The position numbers were made by a program, and so were the translations under genes. DNA of 61,614 nt, counting the filler. It is 11 parts of 11 records of this genome, joined end to end, with 100 filler letters (N's around TTAATTAATTAA, not from the genome) between each part and the next. Parts side by side here need not be neighbours in the genome. Positions count along the whole stretch, not along the records: positions 47,619 to 53,945 come from SRR7504441_4849; positions 54,046 to 57,152 come from SRR7504441_4850; positions 57,253 to 61,614 come from SRR7504441_4862; 8 more parts are not named here. One strand, 5' to 3'. Position 1 is the first letter of the stretch, and each line of letters opens with the position of its first letter. The notes below the pieces were generated by a model. The model searched no databases, had not been told where the DNA came from, and was given only the letters and a program-made list of their open reading frames with translations. Shown here piece after piece: positions 49,233 through 59,052 of this stretch.

Positions 49233-49526
49233 CGACGCAGGATTCATGTAAAGGAATCCAGACGGAACCACGTTTCATGTTCGGACAAACATAGGACAAA
49301 CATAGGACAAACCATAGTAGTAAGCAAAACAACCATGAGTGATATATGAGTGAGTGAACATTTGAGGTTAATTTGAGGTGAAACTAACGAGCCATTGAGT
49401 TCGTGAGGAATTTAGAGGAATTGTTAGAACACCAGGTGCCTCTACTTAATTAAACAAGCAAGCAATCATAATATAGAATAACCTCCGATCTCCAATGGCG
49501 TTTATTTTGTTTCGATTAAAATGACT

Positions 49527-52079
49527 TTACTTGTCATCGTCGACTTCTTGGATTTTGTTACCCGGAATGAGTACCCGGGCAGCCACCGAAAGAGCATCAT
49601 TCGCAAACTTTTCAAAGTAATTTGGAAAGTAGTCAAAGTGCACTGAATTGGATGCTATGTATTCTTCAATGATTGTGTTGCCGATAGGTGAGGCTCCGTC
49701 TTCCTTCACCAGATCTTCGACTGCGTCCAAGCATGTGGTGAATAGCTCAAATATCACGTCTGAAAGGCGCGATAAGCTAGAAACCACTTCCATCTCTGTT
49801 ACTGAGCCGTCGCCATCGATGTCAAGAATTCTGAACAGATGAGGCAATTTTGAGGCAACATCTAGTTTAGGGTCAGCAAGTTTCACAGCACTCTCGAATT
49901 CTTCCTGGTCCACAGTGCCGGAGTCATTTCGATCCAGAAACCGAAAGTAGGAGGTGACCAAACCATTTGGGTTCGCAGCAGCCTTTTCTCTGACCTTCTG
50001 CCCAAACTCGGAGGACAGTCGAAGTGTTTCCTGCATCGATTTGGGTACACCCTCTGAGTCAGGTGCAGGAAGTGAAGGTAATAGAGCCAAGAACAAATCT
50101 ATTTGATTTGCCATGATGTTGACTGACAGATCTGCGAAGCTCTCTGTCGTCAGCCCCTCAGCGGCGCAGCTGCTTGGCAAGTTCAGTTTCAACTAAATTT
50201 CTCAACTTTCTCACGCTTTTGAGATCTTCCTTGCCCGTCAGTGACTTGATCAGCATCTCTATCGGTGACATCCATTTATCGCCAAAATCTACAGATGCAA
50301 GCCATTGCAAATGAGCAGCGATGAGAAATCCCAGCGACTCACAATCGGCTATCGGCTCATCGCCATCGTCCTCAGACAGATCGTCAAAGAAGGACATCAA
50401 TATTTCGCGATGCTTATCACTATTCTTCTCTCCAACTGCTGCTATTGCAAGTAGCTCGCTATGTCTTGCTCTCAAGAATGAGACCTGCTCTTGCACAGGC
50501 AGCAGCTCATCAATCGCTTGTGAAACCCCGAACGGTAGCTTACTTTTGACATTGGCCAGGTCTTCAACCTCCATAGAGAGAATCCTTAACTCGCGCTGCA
50601 GCTTAGCGGCCACTTTGGTGAGCCGAGCGTTGTCTGATTCTAACTCTAAAAGCTGCCTCTTGAGTGTCAAAGTGCTCCTGTGCACGGTGCTTTCTGTCAT
50701 TTTCTGACTCTTCACCTTTTTGGCCTCGGTGAGCAGAGCATTAAGTTCTTCTATTTCCTCAGTTCTTATCATGTCGTCAATGTTGTCTTCAGCAGGGTTC
50801 TGGCAGCCAGCCGCGCCAGGGCGCTTCTTGGCCTTTGGTACGGCACAGCCTTCCTTTCGGAGATCCTTTTCCAGTTGCTTACAATGCTTTTTTAGCCCCA
50901 GCATCTCTAGTTGCGAGGAGCTTAGCAGTGTGTTCAAGGACTCTGCAAACTTCACCGCCTCATCATTTGAGTGGTTGCACGACAAAGTTGCCCGCTGCTT
51001 GGCATTGATATGGGCGCGAGTGAACTTCCTCTGTACACATGGGCGTTCAGTCAGGAGTACAGACATGCAGGCTCTAGGCCACTTGCCTCTGTTCCTTGAC
51101 GTTCTGTTGAATTGAATAACTTGGCCCATTCCAAATGTGCTGCTTTGGCCTGCACAGTCTGTCAGGACCATGCTGCTCTACAAGATTACCTGCCCAACGA
51201 CTTTTCTCGCACGCTCACTGCCATCTACTGCATGCTGCAACCGCACCCTTCAGGCTGCTATTTCCTGGCTACGCACCAACAGTTCAGCACACTTATCCAG
51301 CAGGTCTCGGTAAGCAGATGGCTGTACCTCAGGAACCTGCTCCACTGGAGGTGCTAGCACCTTTGGGGCCGCAGGGACGGGCGTCTTTGTCTTCGGCTTC
51401 GACTGCGTCACCTTCGGCATCAGCTGCTTTGCCCTTGCCTTCTCCTGAGCCTCGGGTGGTGCTGGCTCTGGCGTTTGAGCTGGCTCCTTGGGTGGCTCGA
51501 TTCCAGCAGCTCTGCACACGCCGGAAAGGGTAAATATGATAAAGTGGTGCACAACAGAGATACTTATCATTGTAGGGCTTTTGTCCAGTCTTGCCCAGCG
51601 CCTTCCAGAGGGTCCTGCACAGCAGCTGGGTGGGCGACCGGAGTGCCCATGCTCACTTTAGTTTGGCTTCGACGCCATCCTCGTCCAGCTCAGGGTACTG
51701 CTTGGCCAGCGCGTCCTCCTTTGCGTCCACAAACATATCGAAACCAGTGGGCTTGGGATCTGTCCCCGGGTGGGCGGGTTGTCGCTGCAGCGTGCCACCT
51801 TCGAATCGGATGGTGTACGGGTGCGTGCTGCCGCTGATCACCTTTGCCACTGCGGGCGGCTTCAACCCGAGCAGGTCGCACACTGCCAGCCAGCTCAGGC
51901 TGCGCGCGCCGCCTGGCCGGACCCTCGCCGTTGGGTCGGGTGACGGCGGCGAACAGCATTCCGATCGAGTCGGCCTTGTCCGCGCCTGCGCTGAGCACGT
52001 AGGTGCCTTGCTCGTGGGGCGCCAGTTTGAGCCCCAGCGGCCCCTTGGCCGCCACCTTGACCTCGATCGACCCCGGCAT
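49527..52079 (-). CDS. Multidomain protein: PDZ-like, HMG-box-like, coiled coil, paired EF-hands; multi-exon
   Basis: KGPLGLKL...PYTIRFE, then spliced PKPTGFDMFVDAKEDALAKQYPELDEDGVEAKLK|TLWKALGKTGQKPYND|KA, a heptad region, and loops DRNDSGTVDQEE and DIDGDGSVTEME. The junction near 50160-50190 is ambiguous. Confidence 0.68.
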
Positions 52080-52219
52080 CTCGGCCCGGCTCAGCCGCCC
52101 GCCGCCAGCCTGCTGCACGGGCACCTCAACACTTTGGTGGGCAAAAACGATCACAGTAACGGCATTGCATGCGGAGGGAGGAGAGGTGCTGAGCAGGGGC
52201 GGGATGTAGCAGGGGCGGG

Positions 52220-52675
52220 ATGGTGCTGTACCTGCAGGGGGCGCCGCTGGACACATTATTCCAGATCTGGGTGTACATCACCTTCTGGATCGTGCTCTAC
52301 TTCGCCGGGGTGTACACCCTCTGCGGGCTCTACGTAGGCTGCCGGGTGATCAGCCGCTGGCACGGGCTGATCTGGGCCCCGCCGCTGGCGCTGCTGGTGG
52401 GTGCGGTGGTCGGATTCCTCACGGGGGCGATGCCTGGGCTAGTGATCGCCGGGCTGTACGAAGTCGGCGGGTTCTCGATGACGGAGCTGCACGCCCAGCT
52501 GTGGGCGGTGGTGGTGGCGGTGCTGATGCTGTACAACTCGCTCGGGCGCAAGTATTACACCGGCGGCAAGCACTTTGATGAGGTCGAGCTGAGCTCCACC
52601 AGCGGCTACTCCACCCCGCGGCATAGGGCCACAGGCAACAAGAAGTTCGGGGCGGACACTTCGGACGCGTTCTAG
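52220..52675 (+). CDS. TMEM170-like small membrane protein
   Basis: 151 aa with three hydrophobic blocks. LDTLFQIW...FW and IAGLYEVGGFSM...LW resemble the TMEM170 pattern. Confidence 0.6.
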   Translation: MVLYLQGAPLDTLFQIWVYITFWIVLYFAGVYTLCGLYVGCRVISRWHGLIWAPPLALLVGAVVGFLTGAMPGLVIAGLYEVGGFSMTELHAQLWAVVVAVLMLYNSLGRKYYTGGKHFDEVELSSTSGYSTPRHRATGNKKFGADTSDAF

Positions 52676-52884
52676 CCCGAAGTCGATAGATAGGCCGGGC
52701 GTAACCCAAGGGTTGGCGAGCAGCTCCCTACCTCGGATAAAGGCATTCACGCTTATTCACACTAATCTAGAGTACGGGTACATACATAGGACCGTGCTCT
52801 ATTTCGAATCACATGTACGCACTACCGTAGCTACCGTACCAAGCGATACAATATACGTGCGATCCATCGAGCCTCGGAAGTGTG

Positions 52885-53761
52885 CTACAGCTTGCTATCG
52901 CCCAGCAGCGACCTAGAGAGCTCGGCGAGCGCCGGCTGCATCCCGAACAGTGCATCGAGCCTCGGCCGCACGTCGGGCAGCGTGTCGAGTTCTCTCAGCA
53001 GCCTGAGCACCACAGGGAAAACATCGTCCGGCTCGCCCACGAAGTCCGGCACCTGCCCGCACTCAACCGGCCGGCCGGACCGGCGCGCCATGATTCCGTT
53101 CTGCGGCTGACATATAAAGCTCATCGGGTTGTTGTCGACCTGCGGCCACTCGGCTCTGCGCCTGCCCCGGGCCTGACCAGCACGCAGCGATCAAGCTGGT
53201 CGGTGATTACACTTAGATCCTTGAGGTACTGCAGCCCGCCGTTCTGCGCCACCCGCACCCGCCTGCCCGTCGGCTGGCCCGGCGGCCGGCTGAGCTTGCC
53301 GCCTGCAGTGGTGCCGATAGAACCGCCCCTTGATCAGCGACCCGGTCGGGTCCAGTCGGTCGAGCAGCGGCTCGGCGTACGGCTGGGTGCCGGCCGTAAA
53401 TACAAAGCAGTCGAACTCGGCCGCACACTCGGCCAGAAATTGATCCAGGCCCGGCCGCTTCAGCACCTCGCACCCGGACCCATCGGCCTGTCCGCCAGTA
53501 GGTGGCCAGCCGGCAATCGGGCACCATGGTCAGCCAGAATGATTCAACCCCTGGGCGCGGGGCGACGCGGTCCGGTCGGCTAGCCTCGTGCTGGCGCAGG
53601 TCGGACGGTACCGAAAAGCCCGTGCTATGGATCAGACATTCGTCCATGTCCAGCACAACCACCAGCCGGCCAGGCCCGGCCTGCTCCGACAGCCGGCGGG
53701 CTGGAGCCGGGCGCACCCCTCGGAAACGAGCACCCTCGACTGCCGATCGCAGCCGCCGCAT
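52885..53761 (-). CDS. NIF/FCP1-like (CTDSP-type) HAD phosphatase, multi-exon
   Basis: VVLDMDECLIHS, VLKRPGLDQFL, VFTAGTQPYA, FYRHHCR, YLKDL and VDNNPMSFICQPQNGI. Confidence 0.88.
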
Positions 53762-54154
53762 CTGAGAAGCGCTCCGCTTCTCTACGCCGTTGCAACACGT
53801 CGTCGGCGATCGATGGGTCAAGGACGACAGTGCACGAGTGGACAGCAGTGCAACAGTGGACAGCTGAGTAAATTGTGGGCGGAGACTAGTGAGGCGATCT
53901 CAAACACAAGCGGCAGTAGGCTCGGCGGCAAGCCATCGTTGTCCTNNNNNNNNNNNNNNNNNNNNNNNNNNNNNNNNNNNNNNNNNNNNTTAATTAATTA
54001 ANNNNNNNNNNNNNNNNNNNNNNNNNNNNNNNNNNNNNNNNNNNNAACGAGCAGAATGCGTGCATCATATGCTAAAATCGCATGAAATATAATTGTCGAT
54101 CGTTAGGATTAGTACGGGTACATCGTTACGACCAGACGCTCAAGAACTGATCAA

Positions 54155-55282
54155 TCACTTGGGCTGGCCACCGGGTGCGGCACACCAGACCCCGAGCACA
54201 TCCATGTCGAACTGCGGGTAGAGCCCGGCAAACTGCCAGAACCCGTCCAGCCGGCCGGCCGCCCAGTCGACCACCCCGACTCCAGCAACAATGTTGCTCG
54301 GACTCGACTGGCAAGTCAGCCCCACGAACCCCGCACCGTCGGCCCCCAGCCCGGCGATCAGCTGTGCGTTGTCCTCCGGGTTGTCTATCGGAATGCACCC
54401 GACCGGGCCGGCCAGCGACTTGTTGGAGAACAGGCCAGTCTCGAGATCTAGCTTGTTCCACCGCCAGCTCGACTCAACTGCCATCTTGGACTCCTGGTTC
54501 TGCTTGCCGGCCCCGAACAGCGCATTCGCGGCCGGCACGTACAGCATGTTCATCCAGTAAAACGCCGGGACGGCAGTCACCCGCCAGCTCCGCTCTGTCA
54601 GGTTGACGTGGTAGATCACTTGGCCTTGATAGACCCTGTCCACGGCCAGGTGAAGCACAGCTCTGTCCTGGTCGAGTCCGGCCATCCCCTGCACCATCTC
54701 AAACGCCTCCAGCCCGAGGTCCAGCCGCCAGTGCACCGCGAGCGAGCTCGGATCCAGGCTGAACAAGGTCCAATTGCGGGCATCGCGGGACCAGGAGGTG
54801 GGCCCGCCGACCAGCAGCTGCCCGTTCCACCAACGGATCAGCAGCTGGTGTCCGTCCCAGTCGTCGATCGGGTCGTGCCCGCGCCACATGTTGACCACCG
54901 GCAGCCGGGCCGAGCGGGCCAGCAGCTTGCCCGCCCGGACGTCCACCGCCGCCAGCTCGAGCCCGCCCACCTCCGACGAGTTCATGCTCACCGCCTTCTC
55001 GCCCAGGGCGTACAGCACGCCGGTCGGGGACAGGTCGGCCACGCCGGCGCCCCATTGCTGTTCGAGGAGCCTGAACCCTGCGATTGAGAGCAGCGGCCGC
55101 CCGATGGTCAGGTTGCGGCCCGACTTGATGGTGAGTGCTGGAGCTACCCAGGTGACCACCGGCCGCCGGTCGTACACGTTGTCGGTGGTGTTGCCGAGCA
55201 GCGCCACGAAACCGCCCGGGCAGATCTGGGACGGATCGGCAGCCGCCGCGACCGCTAGCGCCGCAAGCCAGATCATGGCCAT
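54155..55282 (-). CDS. Hypothetical secreted protein, possibly beta-propeller-like
   Basis: 375-aa uninterrupted ORF with signal peptide MAMIWLAALAVAAAA and repeated beta-strand-like segments. Confidence 0.6.
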   Translation of the reverse strand: MAMIWLAALAVAAAADPSQICPGGFVALLGNTTDNVYDRRPVVTWVAPALTIKSGRNLTIGRPLLSIAGFRLLEQQWGAGVADLSPTGVLYALGEKAVSMNSSEVGGLELAAVDVRAGKLLARSARLPVVNMWRGHDPIDDWDGHQLLIRWWNGQLLVGGPTSWSRDARNWTLFSLDPSSLAVHWRLDLGLEAFEMVQGMAGLDQDRAVLHLAVDRVYQGQVIYHVNLTERSWRVTAVPAFYWMNMLYVPAANALFGAGKQNQESKMAVESSWRWNKLDLETGLFSNKSLAGPVGCIPIDNPEDNAQLIAGLGADGAGFVGLTCQSSPSNIVAGVGVVDWAAGRLDGFWQFAGLYPQFDMDVLGVWCAAPGGQPK

Positions 55283-55349
55283 GGTGGCCAGGAGGATGTA
55301 GCGGACGGGCGCCGCGGCCCGCGCGGGTGGCCGTTACGTTTGGCTGAAA

Positions 55350-56783
55350 ATGGTGCGCAAATTTCTGCGGAACTGGCCTTGAGCCCAGGTGGGGCAGGCG
55401 TCGGTGGGGCTCAAAGCGCGCAACAACCGGGTGCACACCTGGGGCTGCGGCTTCATGGGCCAGCTCGGGCACGGCGACCGGTGCCCTCCCCCGCCCTCCC
55501 CGCGCCCGATCGACCGGCAGCTCTTCGTTCGACAAGCCGCGGAACTTGGTGGCGCTGGACGGTGGTTACGCCGTCCAGCTGGCGCTCGGACCGGGCGACC
55601 ACGCGGCGGTGCTCACAGGTTGGCCCCTGGGCCAGCACGCTTGAGGCGGCGGGGACAGAGAAGGGCGACGTGTACAGCTGGGGGAGCGGGGTGGCCGGGC
55701 AGCTGGGTCACGGGCATCTGCGGAACGAGACCGTGCCAGTCAAGGTGGAGGGCCTGCCGTCCAAGGAGGAGGAGCGGGTTGTCCAAGTGGCCGCCGGCTG
55801 GAGCTTCACAGCCGTGGTCACCGACCGCGGGCACGTCTACAGCTGGGGCTGGGGCGACGGCGGCCGGCTCGGGCATGGCGACACGGTCAACCAGGCAGCT
55901 GCCCGGCCCGGCCGGTCGTGATACGGGGGCAGGCGTACCCACGGTACGTGGCAGGGCTGGCCAAGTGGCGTGTGTCGCCAGTTCGCTCGATTGCGTGCGG
56001 CTACGGGCACTGCATCGCTCTCACTGGTGCCTCCCGCACTGCCCGCCGGCTCACTGGTCGGTTCAGAGGCTGGCGACGCGCTGGCCTGGGGGAATGGCGC
56101 GTATGGCGAGCTCGGGATGGGCCAAGGGGACACGGCGACCCCGCTGCTCTGGGGCGTTCCTCGTGTAATCACCGGACTCAGCGGGATCCGAGTGCTCACC
56201 GCGGCTGCCGGGGCGCACCACTCGGCCTGCGTGGCCGAAGGCGGGACCGTGTACACCTGGGGCAGCTCGGCTGAAGGGCAGCTCGGGCGAGAGGTCGGGA
56301 ACAACAGGTTTGATGGGCAGCCGCGCCCACTTGCAACGGCCGAGGGCCAGTCGCTACACGGATCACAGGCTTGCTGGCGCCGGCATGCGGCCGGCTGAGT
56401 TTGGGCAGGTGGCCTGTGGGTTCGCGCACACGCTGGTCCTCACGGAAGCCGGCGACGTCTGGGCGTGTGGTAGCAACCTATCGGGACAGCTCGGGCTGGA
56501 CAATTCTTGCTGCCAGGAGAGGGTTGCGCCCATCCCTGTTTTTGAGGGCAAGGCCTGCACGGCGGTCGCGGCTGGGCGCGAGCATTCGCTCGTGCTGACT
56601 GGCAAGAGCGAGGTGGTGGCTTTTGGATGCGGACTCTCGGGTCAGCTCGGGGTCGGGGCTGACACCTCGCGCAATGCGTGCCACGGAGGGCCTGTGCTGG
56701 TCGAATCGGTCTCGGGGCCCACAAAGTCGGTCTCGGTGATCTCCGCCGCCGGAGACTTTTCAGCTTGCATCACCACTCGATGA
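55350..56783 (+). CDS. RCC1-repeat protein, multi-exon
   Basis: Repeats VHTWGCGFMGQLGHG, VYSWGSGVAGQLGHG, VYSWGWGDGGRLGHG, VWACGSNLSGQLG and VAAGREHSL. ATG-only first exon followed by intron 55353-55388. Confidence 0.9.
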
Positions 56784-57252
56784 TTTGCACCCAACTTGTG
56801 TTCAATGAAGCGGCATAACGTTGAATAGTCGCGTAGTCGAAAAAGTGCCGGGGATGACTTGTGTCCATACGTTGTTAAATTAAATTAATTACTTTGCTTC
56901 TCCATTATGAATAATCATGTACTACTATCAATCATGCACAGTACTCTCCGACGAGCATTAAACATGGATACCTATCACTTCATCTATTCCTTGTCAAATT
57001 ATTGTCAAATCAAATGCGTCCCTCCGCTCGTCTCCCAGCCACCGGCCATTGCCCCTACCCCCACCCCGCCCATCTCTTCCGCGGCAAGCTCCTCCCCGCT
57101 GTCCTTGGCTTGATGGAAGGCACCCACTCGGCTCTCCCGGATGTGAGTCTCCNNNNNNNNNNNNNNNNNNNNNNNNNNNNNNNNNNNNNNNNNNNNTTAA
57201 TTAATTAANNNNNNNNNNNNNNNNNNNNNNNNNNNNNNNNNNNNNNNNNNNN

Positions 57253-57675
57253 AAGAAGGTGTGCCATCACCACAACTTCAAGGGTTTCTGCGGGCAGTGC
57301 CACCCCGACGGGTCGTACTGCGTGCTGCTCGACCCGTGGCAGCACGTGGTCTGCCACCACTGCAACTTCCAGGACGTGTGCAGCAACTGCCACGTGGACG
57401 GGAACAACTGCAAGCTGGACGACATCCCCATGATCAAGTTCGTGCAGGCCCAGATGTGCCAGGCTGACATCGACAGGATCTGCGGCCAGTGCACCACCAC
57501 CGTCACCACCGTCACCACCCAGCAGGCGCACGTGCCGCCTCCGCCTGGGCACGGCGCACAGTCGGCGTGGAAGGAGTACTATGACGCCGGGAGCGGCAAG
57601 AACTACTATGTGAACAGCCAGACTAACGTCACCCAGTGGGAACGCCCGATGGGTGTGGCGATCTCGCAAGGGTAA
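57253..57675 (+). CDS. Cys/His-rich repeat protein with C-terminal WW domain, 5'-partial
   Basis: WW domain WKEYYDAGSGKNYYVNSQTNVTQWERP, preceded by two VCHHxNFxxxCxxCHxDGxxCxL repeats. Confidence 0.8.
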   Translation, partial: KKVCHHHNFKGFCGQCHPDGSYCVLLDPWQHVVCHHCNFQDVCSNCHVDGNNCKLDDIPMIKFVQAQMCQADIDRICGQCTTTVTTVTTQQAHVPPPPGHGAQSAWKEYYDAGSGKNYYVNSQTNVTQWERPMGVAISQG

Positions 57676-58019
57676 TCGCGCCGCAAGACCTGCTGTCTAT
57701 TTCACACAGCAAGTGCGCCGTAGGGGCTTGAGAGGATATCGACGCCCCCAATGGATGACGATTGAAAACTGATAATTATTGCAAGCTTGATGTACTCATG
57801 AATACAGTATATTTGATTAGAAAATGATTTAGTTGACTAGCCGACTGTCCGAGCTAGTTGCCACATACGCATTGATGGATCCTAGAGAGCATCGCCAGTC
57901 GCTAGGCTTGGACCTTGATACATCTTGCATGACATCCTTGTACTCGTACTCGTATCTGCGCTCTTGTGTAAGTAAACTTTAGCTTTAGTCCGACTGGTCC
58001 GTAGGGACTGCTACTAGCT

Positions 58020-58958
58020 TCAGTGCCGCGCAGCAGCCGGGTGTGCGGCGTACGGTGTCGGCCACGTCGGTCCGGCGGCGGGCTTAGGGGCGGCCTGGGC
58101 TGCCCCGATGTTGGCCCAACTGAGAAGAACGAGCAGCACGCCGACCCCAAACACAAGGGTATGCCCAGCGCCAGAGAAGCAGCTGAACAGCCAGCAGAGC
58201 ACCGCGCTGGCCATCAGCCCTGTCTGCAGCTGCTCCGAGCGATTCGGCTGCCTCTGGCACACCAGCAGCCCTACGAGCGAGCCGACGAATCCATTGAAGC
58301 TCACACCAGAGAGCCACGAGCTTGCATGCGCCGTCTGCCCGTACGCCAGGCAAGCCGCGCAGAGTCCGAGCGTGAAGGTGGACTGCACCCGCTGGCTCCT
58401 CTGTGTGGCCGTGCCGAACAGCCCTGCCGCCAGCAAGGCCAGCACCGCCCACTGCCCCAGGGCCAGCCCTGTGGCCAAACCGAACCAAGACGCCGCCAAC
58501 AGCCCAACCCCCACCGCGCCGAGACCGACCGCTGCCCGAGCGCTCGGCGGCGCCGGCTCGGACGATGGGGCGGGTGGGGCCGCCTGGGGGGCGCTGGAGG
58601 GCTGGCTGGTTGAGGTGCGCATCTCCTGGTTCAGCCGTCGCACTTGGTCCTCCAGCTCGCCGATCAGAGCCCGGGCGTGCTCGAGCTCGGCCTGCAGCCG
58701 GATCCGCTCCTGGTCGGCGTACCCGCCCGGGCTGGGCGCGGGCCGGGCCGGGTTTGAGAAGCCTATCCCGCTCCGGCGGAGGGGAGTTGACTTGAGCGCC
58801 GGGTCGCGCGGGCGGGAGAATGGCGAGGCGTTTCCCTTGCTGGCGGAGAAGGCGAGCAGCGGGGTCCGATGCCCGCCACCGGTGCCCGGGGTCGAACGCG
58901 AAGGGGGCTCATGCCGCATAGGGCTGATCCGGTGCCCGGCGAATTGACTCGGATCCAT
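58020..58958 (-). CDS. Hypothetical protein: S/P/R-rich N-terminus, coiled coil, multi-pass C-terminus
   Basis: ORF from MDPSQF with ERIRLQAELEHARALIGELEDQVRRLNQE, then about 5-6 hydrophobic segments. The 3' end may be spliced. Confidence 0.6.
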   Translation of the reverse strand: MDPSQFAGHRISPMRHEPPSRSTPGTGGGHRTPLLAFSASKGNASPFSRPRDPALKSTPLRRSGIGFSNPARPAPSPGGYADQERIRLQAELEHARALIGELEDQVRRLNQEMRTSTSQPSSAPQAAPPAPSSEPAPPSARAAVGLGAVGVGLLAASWFGLATGLALGQWAVLALLAAGLFGTATQRSQRVQSTFTLGLCAACLAYGQTAHASSWLSGVSFNGFVGSLVGLLVCQRQPNRSEQLQTGLMASAVLCWLFSCFSGAGHTLVFGVGVLLVLLSWANIGAAQAAPKPAAGPTWPTPYAAHPAAARH

Positions 58959-59052
58959 CGAATTCGATCGAAAACTCGTCAGAAAAAACTGCAACGGAAC
59001 GATGTCGATGGAGGCGAGGGCTCCTCTTCATGATCACTAGGAGGACGTAGCG

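Noticed and set aside
12160-52079. Apparent Ca2+/mechanosensing cluster (EF-hand protein, PIEZO, TPC, EF-hand scaffold)
   Set aside because: Most lie on different contigs separated by artificial spacers. Only TPC and the EF-hand scaffold are physically adjacent, and they are tail-to-tail.
57011-57152. Possible gene fragment at the contig end after the RCC1 gene
   Set aside because: Too short, and strand and frame are ambiguous.
5850-57252. Ten copies of TTAATTAATTAA flanked by N runs, superficially a dispersed repeat or array
   Set aside because: Identical 100-nt six-frame-stop linkers added during contig concatenation; not biological.
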